Shown here piece after piece: positions 18,648 to 28,052 of a stretch of 39,172 nt of DNA. The stretch's first letter is position 1; the number at the start of each line of letters is the position of its first letter. Origin of the DNA: Promethearchaeota archaeon (GTDB lineage: Archaea > Asgardarchaeota > Lokiarchaeia > Sigyniarchaeales > SOKP01); NCBI GenBank assembly GCA_013375475.1, contig JABXKD010000033.1:1-39172 (forward strand). Reading direction: 5' to 3'. The translations under genes and the position numbers were made by a program. The notes beneath the pieces are model-generated. The model did no database searches and was not told where the DNA came from. It saw nothing but the letters and a program-made list of their open reading frames with translations.

Positions 18648-19367
18648 TTAGTGTAACAACAGAATAGATATTACCATTGTTATCCCAAAAGCAGCTAACA
18701 TTTGAAGAATGTTCTTAAATATTGACTCCTGCGAAATAAAACCTATTAAACTACCGAGTAGAACGATACACCCAAAGATTATTAAAAAAGAATGGATAAA
18801 AGTGGATAGATTCGCTTGTTCTGTTAAAAAGAAAGGGATAAGAGGAATTGTTCCCCCTATAAAAGGAGCACCGCCATTTACAAGTGAGACTATTATAGAT
18901 GCGAATCTTTCTGCTTTCTCCTGTATTGTTTTTACTTTTTTCTTCTTAATTCTTGGGTTTTTTATTCCCCTTTTTTTTTTTTCATTTTTACGATGTAGAT
19001 TTACTGTTATCATTGCTTTCTCGATTTCTTCATTTTCTGATTTAATATCCGCCTCATTTTTTTGTTCCTCCTCTACGAGCACCATTGCTTTGTCTAACTC
19101 TAATTTCAATTTTCTTAGCTCTGCTTTTTCTGAAATATATGACCCACTCAAACCAGACACAAACATAGAAATAGAAGTAGCAAAACCCGTTAATAGAACC
19201 AGATAACTATCCATAGTATGTTGACTTCCTCTTAATGCTGAAATAAAAAATCCAAGAATAATTCCTAAAACAGTCAACATACCATCGTAAAAATTATTTA
19301 TAAAATAACGACGGGCAATTGATAAAAAATCGGTAATATCGGCGTAGGTTCTAACCTTATCAATCAT
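18648..19367 (-). CDS. VIT1/CCC1-family (TIGR00267-like) membrane transporter, copy A
   Basis: RRYFINNFYDG, GSYISEKAE, IPLIPF. About five hydrophobic segments. Confidence 0.8.
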   Translation of the reverse strand: MIDKVRTYADITDFLSIARRYFINNFYDGMLTVLGIILGFFISALRGSQHTMDSYLVLLTGFATSISMFVSGLSGSYISEKAELRKLKLELDKAMVLVEEEQKNEADIKSENEEIEKAMITVNLHRKNEKKKRGIKNPRIKKKKVKTIQEKAERFASIIVSLVNGGAPFIGGTIPLIPFFLTEQANLSTFIHSFLIIFGCIVLLGSLIGFISQESIFKNILQMLAAFGITMVISILLLH

Positions 19368-19541
19368 TTTAGACTATCTTTACTGGGATCAAGATACTTT
19401 TTAATAATCTTTTTTCCTCTAAATCGGTTTGTTTTAAAAATTAATTTGAGATTCCAATTACTCCTTATTCCTATTTGGTTATTATCATTTATATATATAA
19501 TGATTGAATTATACTAAAATAAATTTAAATTAAAAATTAAA

Positions 19542-20291
19542 TTAAGGAGAGATCGCTAATTCTAGCAGTAGGGAAACGAGTAAAGTAGTGATACCCGCTG
19601 TAACAAGGTGTAAAGTATATTTTAAATGACCCCCTTCAGAAATATTACCAAGGAAGATTCCCAAATAAACTAAAATACCGACCAATACTGCATAAGATAC
19701 GATAAAATGAAACACCGATAATACTGTACCAAAGAAAAAGGGTAATAATGGGAGAACTGATCCTAAAACAGGGGCACCTCCGTCTACTAAGGATGCAACT
19801 ATAGTAGCAAATCTTTCTGATTGCTCGATTAATGATTTTTTTTCAGATTTCCTATTTTTCTTCTTGCTTATTAGAAACTTTTTTTTGTATTGATCAGTAG
19901 AATCTACTTTGATGGGAGTGATCATTGCTTTTTGAATCTCTCTTCTTTCTTTCTTTTTATCCTGATCCTCAAGATTTTTTTCAACAATTACCATTTCTTT
20001 CTTTAAATCACTTATTTTTTTTTTCCGTTCGGCATCTTCTGAGAGGAAAGCCCCCCAAAGTCCACTAATGCCGATGGCTAAAGCCGTAGAGAGTCCTGTT
20101 ATTACAATAATAGTTGAGCTTAAATATTGACCCGCGTGTGAAAGGAATATTATGAAGTTTCCACTTACTATACCCGCACAAGTCAAAGCTCCGTCAAAAG
20201 CGTTGTTAAAAAATTTCCGTCGAGAAATTATTCCTAAATCAGACATTTCAGAATATTTACGCCATTTTTCCACTTTAGATTTTAATCCCAT
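19542..20291 (-). CDS. VIT1/CCC1-family (TIGR00267-like) membrane transporter, copy B
   Basis: RRKFFNNAFDG, WGAFLSEDAE, LPLLPF. Paralog of copy A. ATG 20291 is preferred because GTG 20306 lies in an SD-like AGGGTG. Confidence 0.8.
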   Translation of the reverse strand: MGLKSKVEKWRKYSEMSDLGIISRRKFFNNAFDGALTCAGIVSGNFIIFLSHAGQYLSSTIIVITGLSTALAIGISGLWGAFLSEDAERKKKISDLKKEMVIVEKNLEDQDKKKERREIQKAMITPIKVDSTDQYKKKFLISKKKNRKSEKKSLIEQSERFATIVASLVDGGAPVLGSVLPLLPFFFGTVLSVFHFIVSYAVLVGILVYLGIFLGNISEGGHLKYTLHLVTAGITTLLVSLLLELAISP

Positions 20292-20487
20292 TTTAGGTAA
20301 ATACACCCTTATTAGCGAATTCTAATAATACTAGATTTAAATAGAAATGATTCAAAATTCGATATAATTCTTATAAATAACAGAAACTATTAATCTTTTT
20401 TACATAAATTTACTTAAAAACTGATGATTTTTATTTATTTAATCATATTATATTCATAGATTATAATATAATTTATTGATTATTAAA

Positions 20488-21132
20488 ATGTCTTCGAACA
20501 GAAAGGTTAAAGAAGAAATAATTACGCTTCTCTTAGAGCATTCTAGAATAATATATGATGTCACAAGTGATTGTGCAGTTTACTATACAAATTGGTCTGA
20601 AGATTTTGAATCTAATAAAAAAGATTTAGAAAAGAAAAAGGCGAAGATGCAATTATCTGAAGAGGAAGCTGACGAGTTAAAAATTCAATTAATACAGAAC
20701 TTTTCAGAAGCGGAAGCCTTTAATCTTGGAGCTTATGTAGATTTAGTTCTGAAAATGGATAACATCATTAATTACCCTCTTGAATTTGTCGATATGCTTG
20801 ATAAGATTAAACTTGAAGGCAAGTATGCAAAAGAAATTAAAAAGAAATATCATAAGCTATTAAACCAGGTAATGGAAATGGTTGACATTTTAAAGACAGC
20901 CATAAAGAACTTAAGAGATAAACCAGAATTGGTTTTTGAGAATACTACAACTATACATGAGCACGAATCAGAAATTGATAGGACTTATAGGCAATTTCTT
21001 GAGTTTATATATTCTAATGTTGAAGATATCAGAACGCTATTGAGGGTTAGAGATAGCATAGTTCTTTTAGAACAAATGGCAGACCGAGTTCACGATATTG
21101 CTGATTTAATGAGAGTGTTATTATACCAATAA
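20488..21132 (+). CDS. DUF47/PhoU-like phosphate transport regulator family protein
   Basis: Duplicated helical bundle with EEEADELK, HEHESEIDR and LEQMADRVHDIAD. The ATG at 20488 is preferred over the TTG at 20476. Confidence 0.82.
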   Translation: MSSNRKVKEEIITLLLEHSRIIYDVTSDCAVYYTNWSEDFESNKKDLEKKKAKMQLSEEEADELKIQLIQNFSEAEAFNLGAYVDLVLKMDNIINYPLEFVDMLDKIKLEGKYAKEIKKKYHKLLNQVMEMVDILKTAIKNLRDKPELVFENTTTIHEHESEIDRTYRQFLEFIYSNVEDIRTLLRVRDSIVLLEQMADRVHDIADLMRVLLYQ

Positions 21133-21220
21133 ATACGAATTCGCTATAAATTAGATTCTTTCTTACATTTGATTTTTCTCATTGTTTTTTAGACTAAATT
21201 CAAACTTATGAGATATTTTA

Positions 21221-21232
21221 GAAAAATTTATA
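21221..21232 (+). promoter_or_regulatory. Putative BRE-TATA promoter of the ATPase operon
   Basis: GAAAAA followed by TTTATA, about 65 nt upstream of atpK. The AT-rich background limits specificity. Confidence 0.4.
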
Positions 21233-21295
21233 CGCATATATTTATTACTCTATTCTAAAATATTATTGATAATTAGAGTAAAAGTGGTTAATATT

Positions 21296-21658
21296 ATGAA
21301 CGGGAAAAAAAAATTTTATTTATTACTCGGCGCATTCCAATTAGTCTTGGTAGCGATCGTTTTTCTAAGCGTAGACGGCGTTATAACATTGGTAGCGGCA
21401 CAAACAGAGAGTTTTGATTATTATAATTCTCCAACTGCTGCCGCGTTAGCAATTTCGGCAGCTATAGCCCTTGCTGCATCGGTATTAGGGAGTGCGTTGG
21501 CTATAAGGACGGTAGGTACAGCAGCAATCTCTTCCTTATCCGAGAGAGAAGAAAGTTTTTTTAAGGCATTTTTAATCGTAGCATTATGCGAAGCACTGGC
21601 CGTGTATGGTTTAATTGTAGCAATCTTACTCTGGACAAAAATCCCTACGCCGATTTAA
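21296..21658 (+). CDS. atpK: A/V-type ATPase proteolipid subunit K (c), single hairpin with an N-terminal hydrophobic leader
   Basis: VGTAAISSLSE...FLIVALCEALAVYGLIVAIL with the ion-binding Glu. The ATG at 21296 is preferred over the TTG at 21266. Confidence 0.92.
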   Translation: MNGKKKFYLLLGAFQLVLVAIVFLSVDGVITLVAAQTESFDYYNSPTAAALAISAAIALAASVLGSALAIRTVGTAAISSLSEREESFFKAFLIVALCEALAVYGLIVAILLWTKIPTPI

Positions 21659-21686
21659 GGTTATTTATTATTTAAATTCTATAGTT

Positions 21687-21693
21687 AGGTGAT
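21687..21693 (+). promoter_or_regulatory. Shine-Dalgarno site in front of the ACG at 21700
   Basis: AGGTGAT, then TTTTAC, then ACG in the atpC frame. Confidence 0.7.
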
Positions 21694-21699
21694 TTTTAC

Positions 21700-22761
21700 A
21701 CGAGTATAATTATTCCATCTTATGCATACACATTCATCAAAATCGATTTTTTAAAGAATTTAATTATTGGCGATGCTACATTAAAAAATTTTGAAACAAT
21801 CAACGATATCCAAATCTTTTTAGAATCTTTAAAACCATATTATCCAAATATGGAAATTAAAAATTATACAATAGAGGAAATAGAAGGAGCTCTAATTAAT
21901 AATTATATTCTGCTAGTTGGAAAAATAATGCACTTTTCTCCATTGAATATGAGGAATTTTTTGAAACAGTATCTAATGAAATTTGAAATTCAAAATCTCA
22001 AGATGATAATCATTAGCTTAATTATAGGGCGAACTAAAGAAGAAACGAGAAAAGATGTTAATTTTTTGTCTGAAGAATATTTAGACAACTCAGATTTAAT
22101 TGAAGAATTGCTTAAAGCGACTAATTTAGATGAAATACAAATCTTGTTGAAAAGAACTCCATATAATATAGCTATTAGAGAAGGATTCCTCTACTTAAAA
22201 AAAAACAAAGAGATTTTTGTCTTAGAAGCCTTTCTGGATCAATTGTATTATAAACAGCTTCAATTACAAACCCAAAATTTGGATAAAAAAGAGAAAACAA
22301 TGATTTCATTATTTGTGAAATACAAAACAGAAATATACAACTTAAATTTAATATATAGAGGAATTAAAAATAACATTGAGAGATCATTATTAAAGCAATT
22401 TTTAGTTCATAATTATTTATTCTTAGATGAAGGTAAACTCGAGTTTTTGTTAAATCTAACTAATCTTAATGATTTTGTATCAACTATAGAACTTTATATT
22501 AGAGAAGCTGAAGAAATTAAGGCACTTTTCATAATATTAAAAATTAGTCAAAAGCACTTAATAGGATCAATTGAGGATTTTTATATTTCTTATTATTTCA
22601 AAAAATTTAAAATTAAAATTGATGATATTGAATATTTCACGATTTCCAAAATATTGGAAGTTATAATTAAAAAAGAAAAAGAAATTAGATTTGAAATTTT
22701 ACCACAAGTTATAAAAATCATTCATAAAAAGTTTAAAGTATTGAAAATGAAGCAGAATTAA
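21700..22761 (+). CDS. atpC: A/V-type ATPase subunit C (d); probable ACG start, 353 aa
   Basis: Operon position; KFEIQNLK, LEAFLDQLYY, EIYNLNLIYRG. The frame is open 50 codons upstream of the ORF-track ATG (21850) and encodes the subunit-C-like YAYTFIKIDFLKNLI. Confidence 0.82.
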   Translation, partial: TSIIIPSYAYTFIKIDFLKNLIIGDATLKNFETINDIQIFLESLKPYYPNMEIKNYTIEEIEGALINNYILLVGKIMHFSPLNMRNFLKQYLMKFEIQNLKMIIISLIIGRTKEETRKDVNFLSEEYLDNSDLIEELLKATNLDEIQILLKRTPYNIAIREGFLYLKKNKEIFVLEAFLDQLYYKQLQLQTQNLDKKEKTMISLFVKYKTEIYNLNLIYRGIKNNIERSLLKQFLVHNYLFLDEGKLEFLLNLTNLNDFVSTIELYIREAEEIKALFIILKISQKHLIGSIEDFYISYYFKKFKIKIDDIEYFTISKILEVIIKKEKEIRFEILPQVIKIIHKKFKVLKMKQN

Positions 22762-22807
22762 TAATAAGAATTAATAAGATTAAACATAAAATGAAGGCGC
22801 TAAAATA

Positions 22808-23119
22808 ATGAAAATTTTTGAATGGGTTGAAGAGATAGAACGCATTTATGAAGAATTAGTTGAGACCGCTAAAAAAGAAAGTTTAGAAGATATACAAAAA
22901 GAAAGAAGTGCTCAAGAGAACTTACTAGAAGATACAACTCGTAAAAACCAAGAAATTATAAATAATGCATTAAAGACAGTTTCAAAAGAGGTTAGTGAAG
23001 AATCGGCCAAATTTGAAGAATTATTAATGAATTTACGTAATAAAATAGAAAAATATTATTATGACAATAAAGAAGATTTAATAAATTCGATATTTAAGGA
23101 ATTGGGTTTTGATTTTTAA
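22808..23119 (+). CDS. atpH: A/V-type ATPase peripheral stalk subunit H (G)
   Basis: 103-aa charged helical protein within the operon. Called from size, composition and position. Confidence 0.7.
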   Translation: MKIFEWVEEIERIYEELVETAKKESLEDIQKERSAQENLLEDTTRKNQEIINNALKTVSKEVSEESAKFEELLMNLRNKIEKYYYDNKEDLINSIFKELGFDF

Positions 23120-23436
23120 TGGTAGAAGAAAAGATACATGTTATTGGTTACGAAGAAATCGTTTCATTATTTGGGCTTTTAGGTATTGAGGGTACTGTTG
23201 TCAATCATGAGGATGATTTCTTGAGAATGTTTGAAGATATAATAAAAAAACCATCGATTGTTATGGTTATTGTAAATATGGATTTATCCGATGATCTTTT
23301 TGAATACTTATTAGATTTTAAAACAAATAATAAAATTCCATTTATCTATCTATTACCTGATATCTTTCAACAGGATGTGACCAAACATGATAAAATTTTT
23401 GATTTGATATACGATTTAATACAAGAACTAATATAA
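23119..23436 (+). CDS. atpF: A/V-type ATPase subunit F
   Basis: KIHVIGYEEIVSLFGLLGI resembles the subunit F N-terminus. 105 aa, with a TAATG overlap. Confidence 0.88.
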   Translation: MVEEKIHVIGYEEIVSLFGLLGIEGTVVNHEDDFLRMFEDIIKKPSIVMVIVNMDLSDDLFEYLLDFKTNNKIPFIYLLPDIFQQDVTKHDKIFDLIYDLIQELI

Positions 23437-23452
23437 AATGAGATGATAAGTT

Positions 23453-24175
23453 ATTAGCGAAGGAGGAGAAATTAAAAAGCGTTTTGGAGAATTAGGTCTG
23501 TATTTAATTAAGCAAGCTGATAATGACATAAAAAGCATTAATCAGCAAATTCTTTTTCAAATAGCAGAGATTAAAAGAAAAAATAAGGAGAGAATATCAG
23601 AAAGCTCAATAAAAATGAGGAAGAATTTTAATGAGATATACAACAATTTATTAAACAACTTCCTTTCTTCGTCTCTTCTGAAAATTAAAGAGGAAGTATT
23701 AAAAACTAAAAATAAATTAATGTTAGATCTCATTTCAGCGTTGACAGATTTAATAGAAGATAAAATTAAAAATAACTACGCAAGCTATATAGCCTTTCTA
23801 CTTACAATCCTTCAAAGTATTAAACCTATTATTGATAAACCGCCAGAAATTAGAATTACATTTAATTCAAAAGATTTTAGTTATTTTAGTGGAAATATGA
23901 ATAAGATAGAAAAAATTTTTACTAATAAGGTAAAGTTAATTAAATCAGAAAAGGAGTTTACGGGGGGATTTGTATGTGTTTTAACTGCGGGAAATATTTC
24001 TTACAATTATACTATTGAGAATCAATTAAAAAGAAATATCACAATTATAGAAATTACTTTTTCAAAGATTTTTTCGGATTTTGAAGCAGATGTAAAAAAT
24101 CTTGAAAATAAGTATATTCAATTTATTCAAAATCAAAAATTAGCTATAAATGATTATTTAAAGGATTATGAATGA
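23453..24175 (+). CDS. atpE: A/V-type ATPase subunit E; probable ATT start
   Basis: FTGGFVC...ISYNYTIE matches the subunit E C-terminal domain. The frame is open 54 codons upstream of the ORF-track ATG (23615). Confidence 0.8.
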   Translation: MSEGGEIKKRFGELGLYLIKQADNDIKSINQQILFQIAEIKRKNKERISESSIKMRKNFNEIYNNLLNNFLSSSLLKIKEEVLKTKNKLMLDLISALTDLIEDKIKNNYASYIAFLLTILQSIKPIIDKPPEIRITFNSKDFSYFSGNMNKIEKIFTNKVKLIKSEKEFTGGFVCVLTAGNISYNYTIENQLKRNITIIEITFSKIFSDFEADVKNLENKYIQFIQNQKLAINDYLKDYE

Positions 24176-26003
24176 AACTCAAGAAAAAGTGCTGTCTGGA
24201 TATGTTTCATCAATCAATGGCTCACTAATAGAGATAAAAGGATTAGAAAATCAAGTACGACTTAACGATCTCATTAGGGTGAAAAATATATTAGGTGAAG
24301 TCATCCAAATTTATTCTGATCATGTAATAGCCCAATGTTTTGAGAATACATTTAATTTAAAATTAAATGAAAAAGTTCTCAGTTTGCAGGAACCTTTATC
24401 TATGGAACTTGGTCCGGGATTATTGGGAAAGATTTTTGATGGAATTCAAAGACCTCTAGAAGCAACTCTTTTAAAATCTAAAACGGGTGGGTTTTTAGAG
24501 AGAGGGTTAGATCTTCCATCCTTATCACGAAAGAAAAAATGGTTGTTTAAACCATCAAAAAAAGTAAATGATTATGTAAGTACTGGTTATATAATCGGCG
24601 TTGTTCAAGAAACTCCATTAATTAAGCATAAAATTTTGGTTCCAGTAGGAATTTCCGGAAAACTAACATTTATCGCAGAAGAAGGAGAGTATACAATAAC
24701 TGATGAAATATATCGCTTGAAGAGAGGTTCGAAAGAAAATACTTTCAATATGATTCAAAAATGGCCGATTACCAAACATCGACCTTATAGAAGGCGGAGT
24801 TACCCGAAAGAACCATTAATTACGGGAATCAGAACAATAGATTTATTATTTCCGATAGTAAAAGGTGGTACAGTTGCAGTTCCTGGAGGTTTTGGAACAG
24901 GGAAGACTGTAATTCAGCAATCTTTGGCAAAATGGTGCAATGCAGATGTTATTATTTTTATAGGATGTGGTGAACGCGGAAATGAAATCGCAGATGTTTT
25001 AAAGCAATTTTCTGAGATTATTGATCCCAAAAGTGGACGCCCATTAATGGAACGAATCGTCCTAATAGCAAACACGTCAAATATGCCTGTATCTGCTCGT
25101 GAAGCTAGTATTTTTTCAGGAGTGACAATTGGAGAGTATTATAGAGATATGGGATATGATGTTGCAGTATTAGCTGACAGTACTTCAAGATGGGCTGAAT
25201 CATTAAGAGAAATCTCTGGATTATTAGAAGAAATGCCTGCAGAAGAAGGTTACCCTGCTTATTTACCATCAAAGATTTCTAGCTTTTATGAACGAGCTGG
25301 GGTTGTTAATATCTATAGTGAAGATGATTCAAATACAGAAAATCTTGGCTCTTTAACAGTAATTGGGTCAGTTTCACCCCCCTCTGGCGATTTCAGCGAA
25401 CCTGTGACTTCCACTACAAAACGCTTTGTTCAAGCTTTTTGGGCATTAGACGCAAATTTAGCCTATTCCAAACACTACCCCGCAATAAATTGGCTAAAAT
25501 CTTACTCCAAATATCCTGAATTTATATCCGATTGGTGGTATGAAAGAGATGTTTATTGGCCTGAGATCGATATAGACTGGTATGAGAGTAGAAGACAATT
25601 CAATAACATACTATCTCAAGAAAATGAGTTAAAAAATGTTACCCAATTAGTTGGAGAAGAAAACTTACCCGAAAGCCAACAGTTTGTCCTTTTTATCTCA
25701 AAATTAGCCAGAAATGGTTTTTTAATCCAAAATGCGTTTGATCCTATTGATAGTTTTACGGATATTAAAAAATTAATGGAGTTTACAAAAATTATTCTCT
25801 TATTATATCATGAGGGCCAACAGCTTATAACTCAAGGGTACCTAATCGATGATATAAAAGATTTAAAGGTGATAGAGGACATTCTGAGAATTGGGTCTTC
25901 AGTTCCTAATAATGAATTTGAGAAAATAGAAGAATTAAAGAAACAACTAATTTATGAAATAGAATCTCTAAAATTAATGCGCGGAGTTTTAAAGAAAAAA
26001 TGA
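24168..26003 (+). CDS. atpA: A/V-type ATPase catalytic subunit A (canonical copy)
   Basis: Walker [51 protein letters not shown]. No intein. Confidence 0.97.
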   Translation: MNETQEKVLSGYVSSINGSLIEIKGLENQVRLNDLIRVKNILGEVIQIYSDHVIAQCFENTFNLKLNEKVLSLQEPLSMELGPGLLGKIFDGIQRPLEATLLKSKTGGFLERGLDLPSLSRKKKWLFKPSKKVNDYVSTGYIIGVVQETPLIKHKILVPVGISGKLTFIAEEGEYTITDEIYRLKRGSKENTFNMIQKWPITKHRPYRRRSYPKEPLITGIRTIDLLFPIVKGGTVAVPGGFGTGKTVIQQSLAKWCNADVIIFIGCGERGNEIADVLKQFSEIIDPKSGRPLMERIVLIANTSNMPVSAREASIFSGVTIGEYYRDMGYDVAVLADSTSRWAESLREISGLLEEMPAEEGYPAYLPSKISSFYERAGVVNIYSEDDSNTENLGSLTVIGSVSPPSGDFSEPVTSTTKRFVQAFWALDANLAYSKHYPAINWLKSYSKYPEFISDWWYERDVYWPEIDIDWYESRRQFNNILSQENELKNVTQLVGEENLPESQQFVLFISKLARNGFLIQNAFDPIDSFTDIKKLMEFTKIILLLYHEGQQLITQGYLIDDIKDLKVIEDILRIGSSVPNNEFEKIEELKKQLIYEIESLKLMRGVLKKK

Positions 26004-27391
26004 GTGTAATTTATGGAAAAATTAAACAAATTGTTGGACCATTATTGTTTTTAGATAACAAACATGACGTACAATACGGTGAAATCGTTAAAATCCATTC
26101 TGATGATGGTATAGAACGCACTGGACAAGTTATAAAGATGGATGAAAATACGATAACAATTGAAGTTTTTGAAGATACATCAGGTCTCTCTTCAGAAAAT
26201 TCTTTAATTACTTTTACTGAAGATTCATTTAAAATCAAAATATCTAGTGATATGTTCGGAAGAGTCTTCAATTCACTGGGAAAACCGATAGATATTAACA
26301 CTAAACAGGAATTAGATTCTGAACTATTAACCGAAATAGATAGAGATATAAATGGGTTACCAATTAATCCATACGCCCGAGAATACCCCTCTGAAGTTAT
26401 CCAGACAGGAATTTCAGTTATAGATGGGCTTTTTACATTAATAAGAGGTCAAAAACTTCCTATTTTTAGTGGTCAAGGGATGCCTCATAATCTATTAGCT
26501 GCTCAAATTGTAACTCAAGCAAAAGTGTTAACAAAAGAACCTTTTTTGATTATTTTTTGTGGAATAGGGATTATTCAAGATGAAGCTATTTTTTTCATGA
26601 AAAGATTTCAAGAAAGCGGAAATATCCAGAATATCATATCTTTTATTAACTTTGCTGATGATCCAATTATGGAAAGACTAATAGTTCCAAGAGTAGCTCT
26701 TACAACTGCTGAATATTTCGCTTTTGAGAAAGATATGCATGTTCTCGTTATTTTAATTGATATGACAAATTATGCGGAAGCTTTAAGAGAACTAAGCTCT
26801 GCTAAAGAGGAGATTCCGAGTAGAAAAGGCTACCCGGGATACTTATACACCGATTTTGCATCTATCTACGAAAGAACTGGCAGAATTAAAGGTAAAAAAG
26901 GGACAATTACTCAAATACCTATTCTTACAATGCCAAACGATGATATAACTCATCCTATCCCCGATACTACGGGTTATATTACCGAAGGACAATTAGTCCT
27001 GAACAGAAACTTAGATAAGACAGGAATATATCCTCCCTTTGAAGTTTTAGCTTCTATTTCGCGTCTTATGAAAGACTCTATAGGTAAAGACACGACTAGG
27101 GAAGATCACGCTGATGTTAGCTCGCAATTACTCTCTTCATATTCTGCTTCTCTTGAGATTAGAGATCTCATCTCGATTGTAGGAGAAGATGGTTTAAATT
27201 ATAATCAGAAAGCGTTATTAAAATTTGGAAATGAATTCGAGCGGAGTTTTTTAAATCAAGGATACAAAGAAGAAAGAGATATCAACACAACTTTAAATAT
27301 TGCTTGGAAAGCGTTATCTTACATTCCGAGAAATCAATTATTTAGAATACATCATGAATTTATTGATAAATATTACGTTGGAGGGGTGTAA
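26000..27391 (+). CDS. atpB: A/V-type ATPase subunit B
   Basis: [41 protein letters not shown], arginine-finger segment SISRLMK. Confidence 0.97.
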   Translation: MSVIYGKIKQIVGPLLFLDNKHDVQYGEIVKIHSDDGIERTGQVIKMDENTITIEVFEDTSGLSSENSLITFTEDSFKIKISSDMFGRVFNSLGKPIDINTKQELDSELLTEIDRDINGLPINPYAREYPSEVIQTGISVIDGLFTLIRGQKLPIFSGQGMPHNLLAAQIVTQAKVLTKEPFLIIFCGIGIIQDEAIFFMKRFQESGNIQNIISFINFADDPIMERLIVPRVALTTAEYFAFEKDMHVLVILIDMTNYAEALRELSSAKEEIPSRKGYPGYLYTDFASIYERTGRIKGKKGTITQIPILTMPNDDITHPIPDTTGYITEGQLVLNRNLDKTGIYPPFEVLASISRLMKDSIGKDTTREDHADVSSQLLSSYSASLEIRDLISIVGEDGLNYNQKALLKFGNEFERSFLNQGYKEERDINTTLNIAWKALSYIPRNQLFRIHHEFIDKYYVGGV

Positions 27392-27397
27392 GTACCG

Positions 27398-28030
27398 ATT
27401 AGTTTTAGAGAATTAAAGCCTACAAAGACCAATTTAATGTCTCTAAATAAAAGGTTAAATTTTGCCGTAAAAGGTGAAAGCTTTTTAAAATTCAAATTAG
27501 AGCAAATTATGATAGAAGTTAAAGAAAATTGGAAGAATTATGTTAGGAATCGTGAAATATTTATAGAATTATACAAAGAAACTATGATTAAACTTAATAA
27601 TACATACGAAGAAATGGGAAAAAGAAATTTCAAATTAATTAGTAATCTAAGTAAACTCCAATTTAAGCCAAAAATAGACATTAAATATATTAAGAAAATT
27701 GGAACATTAGTTCCAATAATTGAATATGAATTGATAAGGGAGGAACTACTTCCCGCTTATTCTTTTGAAAATACTAGTTATTATCTAGATGACTTAATAA
27801 TTGTTTTAGTAGAATTTTTTGAAAAACTTATAATCTTGGCTAAGTATGAAGATATAATGCTAAATTTGGCTAAAAATTATAAAAAGATCAATCGTAGAAT
27901 ACTTGGCTTAAAGAATGTAATAATTCCCGAGTTAACAGAGGATGTAAAAAAAATAAAAGGTATTTTAGAAGAAAATGAAAGAGAAAATTATGTTCGATTA
28001 AAAAATACAAAAGACTTGATTAATAGATAA
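27398..28030 (+). CDS. atpD: A/V-type ATPase subunit D; probable ATT start, 210 aa
   Basis: KPTKTNLMSLNKRL..A.KG and KINRRILGLKNVIIP...LEENERE. The KPT motif lies upstream of the ORF-track ATG (27437). Confidence 0.9.
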   Translation: MSFRELKPTKTNLMSLNKRLNFAVKGESFLKFKLEQIMIEVKENWKNYVRNREIFIELYKETMIKLNNTYEEMGKRNFKLISNLSKLQFKPKIDIKYIKKIGTLVPIIEYELIREELLPAYSFENTSYYLDDLIIVLVEFFEKLIILAKYEDIMLNLAKNYKKINRRILGLKNVIIPELTEDVKKIKGILEENERENYVRLKNTKDLINR

Positions 28031-28052
28031 ATTAATTACAAAGTGATTATGA

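Noticed and set aside
23438-23449. ATG AGA TGA TAA as the true atpE start with TGA recoding (selenocysteine or readthrough)
   Set aside because: The TGA is immediately followed by TAA. The ATG and TGA overlap the SD-like GAGATGAT.
27386-27400. B-D fusion by stop-codon readthrough (atpB and atpD share a frame)
   Set aside because: The stop is TAA, a stator-rotor fusion would block rotation, and an SD precedes a near-cognate start.
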